A stretch of DNA of 62,053 bases from an uncultured Bacilli bacterium (lineage in GTDB: Bacteria; Bacillota_I; Bacilli_A; RF39; UBA660). Of this stretch, positions 54,496-62,053 are shown piece after piece. Made by a program: the position numbers and the translations under genes. The stretch lies in NCBI GenBank assembly GCA_910583685.1, contig CAJTXY010000004.1:1-62053 (forward strand). The letters are read 5' to 3'. Position 1 is the first letter of the stretch; every line of letters starts with the position of its first letter. Under the pieces are notes generated by a model. It ran no database searches. It was not told the DNA's origin and saw nothing but the letters and a program-made list of their open reading frames with translations.

Positions 54496-56213
54496 TAATC
54501 TCCTATTCGTAACTTCCTAATCTGCTCTCCCAATTTGGCTTGTTCTAAAGGATCCAGCTCTTCTTCAATCTTCTTCTTTAGCCTCCGTATCTCTAGGCTC
54601 AAACTATTATCCCGGATAGCCTTATATAAGTCTGAAAGTAGCACATTATCTACATTGCTTTCATATTCTTCCTGTAACACTTCATCAAGAACCCCTCTTA
54701 CTTCTTTTTTATCCATTACATATGTATAAAAGTCAGCTACTTCAATTTTCCCATATTTCTCATAATAATAGAATATCTCATTCATCGTAATTCTATACTT
54801 TTCTTCTGGAAAAATTAAATGCTCAGCCTTAGTAGCCGTAAGCACAAAATCTTTAGTCAACATAAAGTAAATTAAAGATTCTACCGCCTTTATATATTTT
54901 GTTTTATGAGTCTTAGTAGAAGAAGTAATCATCAAAGAGGCAGGCTTCGTTTTGTTTTCACATTTCTCTCGAAACCGTATTTCCAGTGTATTATACCCTA
55001 TATCAAATTCTTTTGCAAGTTTTTTTAAAATAATTTCGACACGAATTTCATCATCAATTTGACTAGCTTCCTCTAACACTTTATCAATATAAAGAGCCTT
55101 TTCCCTATCACTACCTAAATCAACTTTTTTTCTTAATGCCCTAATTTTATAATTACTAAAATAAATTGCATTTTCTATCAACCCCATAAATCGCTGTTTT
55201 CCCTCTTTTAAAATAAATGTATCAGGATCTTCATCGTTCGGCAAAACAACCACTTTCACTTCTATGTTTTCTTTTAAGAAAAGCTCTCCTGCTTTTAACA
55301 TTGCTTCCTGTCCAGGAGCATCCCCATCTAAACATAAAATAATATTAGTAGAAAGACGCTTGATAAACATAATCTGTTCCGTAGTAAGTGCCGTTCCCAT
55401 TAGAGCAATCGTATTACGGATACCAATCGTACTTGCTCGAATAACATCCATAAACCCTTCCATCACAATAACACATTTTTCTTTTCGTGCTTCCTCTTTC
55501 GCAACAGAATAATGATATAGCATTTGACCTTTTTTAAAAATTTCCGTCTCTTTGGTGTTTAAATACTTATTTTGATTATGATCTTTATAAATTCTGCCAG
55601 AAAAAGCAACAGTATGTCCATTCATATCTTGTAAAGGAAACATAATCCGATCGTGATAAATATCTCGATCATCACTAGAAAGACCTAGCCTGTTTAACTC
55701 TAGTAAACTATACCCTTTTTTCATCAACAGCTCAGTAAGTGGATTTCCATGAATCGCAAGACCGATAGAAAACTCTTTGATAACGGCATCATCGATCTTT
55801 CTTGATGCTAAATAATTCCTAGCCTCCCGTCCCAGACTAGATACCAAATTATTTTGATAATATTTAACAGAAAGTTGATAAGCCTCATAAAACTTATCAA
55901 ATTTACTACTTCTTTTCTCTAAATTACCGACACCTACAGAAATACCAACCCGATCTCCTAAATACTTTAAGGTCTCTCGAAAGCTCCAGTTTTCATACCT
56001 CTCTAGAAAAGTATAAACATTCCCAGTAGCGTGGCAAGAAAAGCAGGTATAAATTTGTTTTTCACGAGAAACACACATAGAGGGATTAGAATCATTATGA
56101 AAGGGACAAACACAGAAATAGTTTTTGCCCCTTGCAACTAAAGGGATTCTCTCACCAATAATATCTACGATATCAACTCTTTGTCGAATATCGTTTATCA
56201 GATCATTTTGCAT
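54495..56213 (-). CDS. dnaG: DNA primase
   Basis: Zinc finger [11 protein letters not shown] and TOPRIM EGFMDV...DGDAPG. Confidence 0.95.
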   Translation of the reverse strand: MQNDLINDIRQRVDIVDIIGERIPLVARGKNYFCVCPFHNDSNPSMCVSREKQIYTCFSCHATGNVYTFLERYENWSFRETLKYLGDRVGISVGVGNLEKRSSKFDKFYEAYQLSVKYYQNNLVSSLGREARNYLASRKIDDAVIKEFSIGLAIHGNPLTELLMKKGYSLLELNRLGLSSDDRDIYHDRIMFPLQDMNGHTVAFSGRIYKDHNQNKYLNTKETEIFKKGQMLYHYSVAKEEARKEKCVIVMEGFMDVIRASTIGIRNTIALMGTALTTEQIMFIKRLSTNIILCLDGDAPGQEAMLKAGELFLKENIEVKVVVLPNDEDPDTFILKEGKQRFMGLIENAIYFSNYKIRALRKKVDLGSDREKALYIDKVLEEASQIDDEIRVEIILKKLAKEFDIGYNTLEIRFREKCENKTKPASLMITSSTKTHKTKYIKAVESLIYFMLTKDFVLTATKAEHLIFPEEKYRITMNEIFYYYEKYGKIEVADFYTYVMDKKEVRGVLDEVLQEEYESNVDNVLLSDLYKAIRDNSLSLEIRRLKKKIEEELDPLEQAKLGEQIRKLRIGD

Positions 56214-56230
56214 TCTATCCCTCCTTCTAT

Positions 56231-57385
56231 CTATATTTTTTTCTGAAAATGAGGTCCCGTTTTTTCCTCCATTTCACTTTTTGTAACTGTCATAGCATAA
56301 TGGCCTACAATAAACTCGGTAACCCTTCGTCTACTATCATCTTTATTCAGCATACACACATTGATATTAGCAACAATTGGTTTATCACCTAAATTGGTAA
56401 AAGCACCAGTTAAAGCCTTCAATCTAGTACGATCACTTCCCTCATTATAAATACCAACAGCACCATCTAAGCCCTTGCTGCCCTCAGATAACTCCCCTAA
56501 TTGTTCCAAGATCTCATAAACACTAGATGGCTCTCTCGCTTTTTCTGTTTGATATTTTTCAAGTATTGTCATTCTTCTATAAATAGTTCCAGAATCTACT
56601 AAAACAACATCACAGTCTTTATCTATTATTTTTATAATATCTATCTGCTCCGCAAGAACTTTGTTCTCTAACCTAGTTGATAGTCTATGAAGGGAGGTCC
56701 TAATTCCCTGTTCATTTAAATACTGATAAATGGATTCAAGAAAATCTTCATCATCTTTTAATAATGAAACTACTTCTACTAAAACTGGCGAAGGTGATGC
56801 CATTAAATACTCTTCATAACTTCTACCAAACCCAAAATCTGTACATTCTCTTAATCTCTCTGCTACCTCTTTGATATTATCATTCTTTCCATAATCACGA
56901 AAAGCCTCATATAAATTTCGATAATACCACTCTTGCTTTTCTACATCCTTCTCGTGAAAACTATCAAAATGAATTACCCCATTTTCATCGTGCAACTGAT
57001 AAAAGTCTTCTGCATTGGAAAGTTTATCAGCCACTTCCACTATTTGTGCTTCTTCTGACTGATTATAAATAGAAATGATAGTATCTTTTTTTCTTTCCAC
57101 CCAACTTTTGTTCTTCTTATCTTCCTTTGTTGTCGATACCTCTTTTACAATACGCAAAACTCTAGCACCAAACTTTTCCTGTATTACTTCTTCTACTGCC
57201 ACAGTATCTTCTAAAACATCGTGAAGAAGTGCTGCAATTTGAACATCCTCATCATCACAAATTGCCGCTACAATCTCGTAAACCCTTCTTGGATGGACAA
57301 TATAGTCCTGTACACTTCCTTTTCGCTTTTGACCCTGATGTAACTTTTCTGCAAACGCTTCTGCTTCTTTTAACCGATTACCCAT
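56231..57385 (-). CDS. HD-domain (RelA/SpoT-type hydrolase-like) protein with a ~190-aa C-terminal extension
   Basis: HQGQKRKGSVQDYIVHP...AALLHDVLEDT. Confidence 0.75.
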   Translation of the reverse strand: MGNRLKEAEAFAEKLHQGQKRKGSVQDYIVHPRRVYEIVAAICDDEDVQIAALLHDVLEDTVAVEEVIQEKFGARVLRIVKEVSTTKEDKKNKSWVERKKDTIISIYNQSEEAQIVEVADKLSNAEDFYQLHDENGVIHFDSFHEKDVEKQEWYYRNLYEAFRDYGKNDNIKEVAERLRECTDFGFGRSYEEYLMASPSPVLVEVVSLLKDDEDFLESIYQYLNEQGIRTSLHRLSTRLENKVLAEQIDIIKIIDKDCDVVLVDSGTIYRRMTILEKYQTEKAREPSSVYEILEQLGELSEGSKGLDGAVGIYNEGSDRTRLKALTGAFTNLGDKPIVANINVCMLNKDDSRRRVTEFIVGHYAMTVTKSEMEEKTGPHFQKKI

Positions 57386-57459
57386 ACTACTTCTCCCTTA
57401 TCTAAAACCATTATAGCATATTTTTTCATAATATGTATAAATTAATAATGGTGAAAAAT

Positions 57460-57978
57460 ATGAAATTCAAAAACTTATTAGTAAGAAGTATCTTCATTTT
57501 TATTCTTTGTTCTCTCTGTCATTTCACATATAGTACTTTTCCCAATTTTTTTACAAGCATTTTCGCTCCTGTAAATGAAAGCATCTTTGAACACTTAAAA
57601 ATGCTATTTACAGCAGAAATTCTATTTAGTATTATCATTATGGTAAAAGAAAAAGATAACAACAAATATCTAAGGGCACTTCTTAGAGGCTATATTTCCA
57701 TATTCATCCTACTGCTTCTCTATTTACCTATTTACTATTTTCTGGGAGAAATAATGATTCTAACCTTCATTATTTTATTCGTAACCATTTTCCTAACAGA
57801 ATATATACTAACATTTTTAGGAAAGAAAAAACACCACCCATATTTAAATATAGCAAGTGTTTTTCTAATTATCATAACTTATATGCTTTTTACTTTTTTA
57901 ACCTACCATCCTATCAAAGAAAAACTATTTTGGGACAGTGAGAACAAGAAGTATGGAATTGATATTTTAAATAAGTGA
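57460..57978 (+). CDS. polytopic membrane protein of unknown function
   Basis: ORF 57433..57978. Start probably ATG 57460. About 5 TM helices. Confidence 0.6.
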   Translation: MKFKNLLVRSIFIFILCSLCHFTYSTFPNFFTSIFAPVNESIFEHLKMLFTAEILFSIIIMVKEKDNNKYLRALLRGYISIFILLLLYLPIYYFLGEIMILTFIILFVTIFLTEYILTFLGKKKHHPYLNIASVFLIIITYMLFTFLTYHPIKEKLFWDSENKKYGIDILNK

Positions 57979-58971
57979 TTTCCGAACAAATGACTCAATA
58001 TTCTTATCTAGGTAAATATCGACAACCCCACGATTAACAATTTTAATAAATCCCAAACCATTAATAACAATATCTTCCCCATACTTTATAGAATAAGTAG
58101 TTTTCGCTAAATCTTTTAAATCGTTATGATTGGGATTAATAAATCTCTTCGTTTTTAAATCATTGGAAATATAGAGAGTAAAACTATTTTTTTCTCCTTC
58201 TTTATAATCAATACGCACCAAATTTTCAATAACAATGCTCTGATTACGCCGAAGCTGATAAGTTCTAGGTTTAATTTCCTTCCTAGGACTTATTTTTTTT
58301 AGCATATCTTTATCTACATAATTTACTAAACTCTTAGAATCGACTAGTCCTGGTGTATCAATTAAAGTCAAATGTTCGTTCAATGAAATACTTACAGTAT
58401 TTAATGTAGTAGAAGGAAGTGGAGACATAGTAAGCTCCTGTGTACTCTCAGAATAATTTTTAATAAATTTATTAATTAAAGTAGATTTTCCAGCATTCGT
58501 ATGTCCTACAACATAGACATTTTTACTAGTTTGATTTAGTTTAATTCGACTCATCAAATAATCGATATTATAATTTTTCTCAACGCTAACAACAATAATA
58601 TCTTCAAAATTAATATTCATCTCTTGAAAATACGCAATAAGTTTTTCTTCCTTTACACTTTTAGGCAATACATCCTTTTTATTGAGTACCAAAATCATTT
58701 TATTAGAAAGAATTTTCCGAATTTCTAATAAATCCTGTTCAATATTTAATAAATCTGTAACATATAATACCAAATCCTTTGTCTCACCCACACTTCTAAT
58801 AATATCTAGGTATTCTTCATTCGATTTGGCAACAACTTGATATTCTCCATAATTTTTCATTCGAAAACATCTTTGACAAAGCTCATCATCTAAATTTAAA
58901 ACATAACCTTCTTGTAGCATATTTTCATTCTGTAACAAAACCCCACAACCACTACATTTACTACTATTCAT
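57967..58971 (-). CDS. yqeH: ribosome biogenesis GTPase YqeH
   Basis: N-terminal Cys cluster CSGCG...CQRCF. Circularly permuted GTPase (NKKD before GHTNAGKST). Confidence 0.9.
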   Translation of the reverse strand: MNSSKCSGCGVLLQNENMLQEGYVLNLDDELCQRCFRMKNYGEYQVVAKSNEEYLDIIRSVGETKDLVLYVTDLLNIEQDLLEIRKILSNKMILVLNKKDVLPKSVKEEKLIAYFQEMNINFEDIIVVSVEKNYNIDYLMSRIKLNQTSKNVYVVGHTNAGKSTLINKFIKNYSESTQELTMSPLPSTTLNTVSISLNEHLTLIDTPGLVDSKSLVNYVDKDMLKKISPRKEIKPRTYQLRRNQSIVIENLVRIDYKEGEKNSFTLYISNDLKTKRFINPNHNDLKDLAKTTYSIKYGEDIVINGLGFIKIVNRGVVDIYLDKNIESFVRKSLI

Positions 58972-59494
58972 AATATCTTCCCTTCACTAAAATATCTTTA
59001 CGCTTATAATATTTTAAAATTTTCCGTTCTAAAAAACGATTAAATTTCGTTATTTTCAAATCTTTCTGTCCCAAAGGATCTACAAAAATAGTCTGAATAC
59101 CAAACAAATTTCCTGATAAAATATCAGTAACGAGTTGATCCCCAATCATTACCATCTCGCTTTTTTCAAAACCATAACTCGCAATTTTCTTTAATCCTTT
59201 CGTAAAGGGCTTACTAGCATTAGCAACTCCCTCAATACCAAGTTGCTCTGTGTACGGTTTAATTCTAGTAGGAGTATTATTAGAAATAATGTATATCTGG
59301 AAATCCTTTTTTAGTTTTTGAATTAACTCTTTACTACGTTTAGGACAAACCTTTTCATCAATCAATGCTAATGTATTATCAAGATCAAAAATAAGCACTT
59401 TGATATGTTTCTTTTTCAATTTCTGATAATTAATCTCATATATATTTTTTTTATACATAGTTGGTTTAAACTTCATAGTCCACCTCTTCTTCAT
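58964..59494 (-). CDS. yqeG: YqeG-family HAD-IIIA phosphatase
   Basis: LIFDLDNTL and GDQLVTD. Overlaps yqeH. Confidence 0.85.
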   Translation of the reverse strand: MKKRWTMKFKPTMYKKNIYEINYQKLKKKHIKVLIFDLDNTLALIDEKVCPKRSKELIQKLKKDFQIYIISNNTPTRIKPYTEQLGIEGVANASKPFTKGLKKIASYGFEKSEMVMIGDQLVTDILSGNLFGIQTIFVDPLGQKDLKITKFNRFLERKILKYYKRKDILVKGRYYE

Positions 59495-59518
59495 TATACT
59501 ATAATAAGACAGGAATTA

Positions 59519-60973
59519 CTAGTTATTTACCCTTTGTGTAAGCATTTCTGTTTTACTGGTAATTTTATCAAAAACATAGCCATTTTCTTTTCCATATTGA
59601 ATAATTCTTCTAAGGGCATCTCTTGTATATGGTTTAATATCATGCATCAATACAACATTGATCCGCTCTTTAGACAAATGACTAATCACGTAATGATAAA
59701 CTTCATCTGCAGTATCAAATTCTCCAGCATCTCCACTCGCAAGATTCCAATCATAATAGCGAAAACCTCGTTTTAAAACATCACTAGTAAGAATAGACAT
59801 AATACCCTCTGAGTATTTTCGGCTAATAGTATTACTAGATCCTCCTGGAAAACGAATAATATCAGCATCCTTTCCTGTAAGTCGCCTAACTCTTTCTCTT
59901 ACAGAATATAAATCACTATAATAATTATCAACGGAAGAATAAATATAGGAATAATTATGACTTGCTGTATGAAGTGCCACAGTATGTCCTTCCTGGTCTT
60001 CACGAACAATAAGTTCATCTGGTCCACTATTTGTAACGAAGAAAGTGGCTTTTACATTTTCCTCTTTTAAAATATCCAAAATCACATCAGTTGTGCCCGC
60101 TCTAGGTCCATCATCAAATGTTAAATAAACTGTTCCATTTTTGCCACGTTCCAACACACGAACAATTCTTTTGACCTCCGCTTTATTATGTGCCTGATCA
60201 TAAACAGAATATTTAAGTTCGTATTCACCTGGCACATTAGTATCTACCGCTCCTTCAACAACGACTTTTTTTGATAAATCCCCATCACAATTATCGGATG
60301 CTTGAACAAACGGGTCCTCAAATTTCTCCCCAACATAAACATTTTCATAAATGTCGCCCTTTAATAGAATAGTAGGTGGCTTTTGATCCTGATAATGAAG
60401 ATGTCGAACAACCTCTCGAAAATTTCCAGCAGCATCTCTTACAGAATAAATAATTCGATCTCGTATTTTTTTTACTTTAACCTTCTCCGTTATATTCCCA
60501 TCAAAATTATCATAGGCCTTAAATCCCTGCTCTTGATACTTCCTTCCAGGACATACATCTACATCACTAGATCCCACTAAAGAAAGAGAAGGAGCAGAAG
60601 TATCTTTTACAAAAACAGTAAGAACTCTACTTCTACGGAATATACCGACTTTAGAGTGATAATAAATTTTATAAACCCCTAGTTGGTTCGAATCAACATT
60701 GCCTACAACTTCTACCTTTTCTGTAACATCCTGATCTCTATATTTAGCATAATACTTAGGAGCATTATATTTTTCTTTATAATTAAGAACAATACTACTT
60801 CCAAGCTTTTTCCCCTTTATCTCCAAAGTAATTTTAGGAATACAAAAATAAGAGATAAGAATATAGGAAATAATAATAACAAATAAAGACAAAGCAAAAA
60901 AGACAATTCTTTTTGTAGAATTAGAACTGTGTTTTTGTTTAATACGCTTCTTTATTTTAGGTCTACTTCTCAT
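59519..60973 (-). CDS. membrane-anchored polysaccharide deacetylase with Ig-like repeats
   Basis: N-terminal TM, two Ig-like (DNFDG/DNCDG) modules, NodB domain (LTFDDGP, HTASH). Confidence 0.8.
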   Translation of the reverse strand: MRSRPKIKKRIKQKHSSNSTKRIVFFALSLFVIIISYILISYFCIPKITLEIKGKKLGSSIVLNYKEKYNAPKYYAKYRDQDVTEKVEVVGNVDSNQLGVYKIYYHSKVGIFRRSRVLTVFVKDTSAPSLSLVGSSDVDVCPGRKYQEQGFKAYDNFDGNITEKVKVKKIRDRIIYSVRDAAGNFREVVRHLHYQDQKPPTILLKGDIYENVYVGEKFEDPFVQASDNCDGDLSKKVVVEGAVDTNVPGEYELKYSVYDQAHNKAEVKRIVRVLERGKNGTVYLTFDDGPRAGTTDVILDILKEENVKATFFVTNSGPDELIVREDQEGHTVALHTASHNYSYIYSSVDNYYSDLYSVRERVRRLTGKDADIIRFPGGSSNTISRKYSEGIMSILTSDVLKRGFRYYDWNLASGDAGEFDTADEVYHYVISHLSKERINVVLMHDIKPYTRDALRRIIQYGKENGYVFDKITSKTEMLTQRVNN

Positions 60974-61040
60974 TCCTTCTCACCTATTTATTATTATACT
61001 TAAATTTTTAAGTTCTAGCAATAAAAGATAACAAAAGAAA

Positions 61041-62053
61041 TTAAGGTGCGACTAACACAAGTCGAAAAGAAAGATAACCATAACTTGTTTCGTATTTTGC
61101 AATACTTCCATCAAACTTTGCAACAAAGAAAATAGATGTTTGATTAGAATAACCACCAGAGCGACTCATCCAAGGCCTATAAGAATTGGGTAGCGAAGAA
61201 CCAGAGGTAAACCAGTTACTTGTTTCGCTTAATGCCTGTGATAAGCATTCATTTTCACCACAAGAATCTTTAAAATTATCACTGTTATAAAAATCGTAAT
61301 ATTTATTATCTAGCCAATCTTTCCCATTAAAAGTCGAACCATCATTCAGTGATCCTGTATAACCAGAATTATAAACTTGACTTGTACCAGAATGTCTATC
61401 TCCATTAGGTGCATAAACAGCCATTACATATTCCCAAGCACCTCCACTCATATCATAAATTCCATATATCGTTCCTGTTGTGGAAGCTCCTGTTCCCAAA
61501 ATCGCTTCATCATAAGTATATTGACATCCATAGTCATTACTATCGCTATATGGAGCACCATAACTACAGCCTGTAATATATGCACTTGATTTATTATGGT
61601 ATATTTGTTTACTCGCTCCACTATAGGCTCTATTTCCTAGTTTTCCGTATTTACTCTGTGAAAGATAAGCTACCGCTCCCCACTCACTATTCTTCATTGC
61701 GTGAGAGTCTAACATACTACTAACGCCATAACGATTGCTACTCTTTGTTATGTTCCTCCCTACCTCTGCTAAGTTTGCTATTTGGATATACCTCCAACTT
61801 GTAACATTCGGTTTGATCATAGCATCTAACTCTGTGGTATTTCCTCCACCAGAAGAATGAAAAACTCCTGGTCGAAGTTCTTCCTTAGCATCAGGACTCG
61901 AACTACTGGTTTCAAATTTTCCTACCCATATTCCTGATAACTCATCACTTCCAAAGGTAAAGGCATCTGGCGTTCTCCAGTTACTAACACCATCTGCTAC
62001 CTTATATTGAGCACTTCCTGTATCTTTCTCACTCTTACTTATAAACTTAACAT
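61041..62053 (-). CDS. FGE-sulfatase (SUMF1)-like domain protein, 5' end beyond the window
   Basis: YDMSGGAWEYV and LSFRLVL motifs. The reading frame stays open upstream of Met 61820 to the window edge (checked codon by codon). Confidence 0.6.
   Translation of the reverse strand, partial: VKFISKSEKDTGSAQYKVADGVSNWRTPDAFTFGSDELSGIWVGKFETSSSSPDAKEELRPGVFHSSGGGNTTELDAMIKPNVTSWRYIQIANLAEVGRNITKSSNRYGVSSMLDSHAMKNSEWGAVAYLSQSKYGKLGNRAYSGASKQIYHNKSSAYITGCSYGAPYSDSNDYGCQYTYDEAILGTGASTTGTIYGIYDMSGGAWEYVMAVYAPNGDRHSGTSQVYNSGYTGSLNDGSTFNGKDWLDNKYYDFYNSDNFKDSCGENECLSQALSETSNWFTSGSSLPNSYRPWMSRSGGYSNQTSIFFVAKFDGSIAKYETSYGYLSFRLVLVAP

Overview
AT-rich Bacillota-type chromosome segment (possibly Erysipelotrichales-like, low confidence). 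Nearly all genes are on the minus strand. There are three blocks. (1) 1-7.7 kb is a visibly more AT-rich accessory block of unknown-function genes. It includes a tightly coupled operon: a HAD-like protein, a 158-aa unknown, and an Rph-like PEP-utilising enzyme. (2) 7,719-36,869 is a complete ~29-kb HK97-like siphoviral prophage integrated into the 3' end of tRNA-Leu(UAG). It has a 19-bp att duplication, TAAGTCCTC arm repeats, a divergent cI/cro switch, and DnaD/DnaB replication genes. It also carries SpoVG, an orphan small tyrosine recombinase, a C5-methyltransferase and a pentapeptide-repeat protein. The late region runs ArpU-like regulator, HNH, TerS/TerL, portal, protease, capsid, tail genes with a -1 frameshift chaperone, tape measure, three tail-tip paralogues, holin and endolysin. 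(3) 36.8-62 kb is core chromosome: tRNA-Leu and tRNA-CAU, two large surface or membrane proteins, Smr, PfkB kinase, ppdK, pyk, an ABC pair, cysteine desulfurase and a small alarmone synthetase. It continues with a metallophosphoesterase, trmK-rpoD-dnaG, an HD hydrolase, yqeH-yqeG, a polysaccharide deacetylase and a truncated FGE-like gene. The best candidates for undescribed biology are listed here. First, the HAD(DWTGT)/158-aa/Rph-like operon. Second, a gap-filling 30-aa prepilin-like peptide coupled to a lipoprotein and a membrane protein in the phage early region. Third, a consensus promoter plus leader terminator in front of the late operon. Fourth, a G9 tract inside a 25-aa ORF upstream of three tail-tip paralogues. 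Fifth, a 24-bp direct repeat pair next to the orphan recombinase. Sixth, a 14-bp inverted repeat bracketing the immunity module. All functional calls come from motif recognition by eye; no database search was run.
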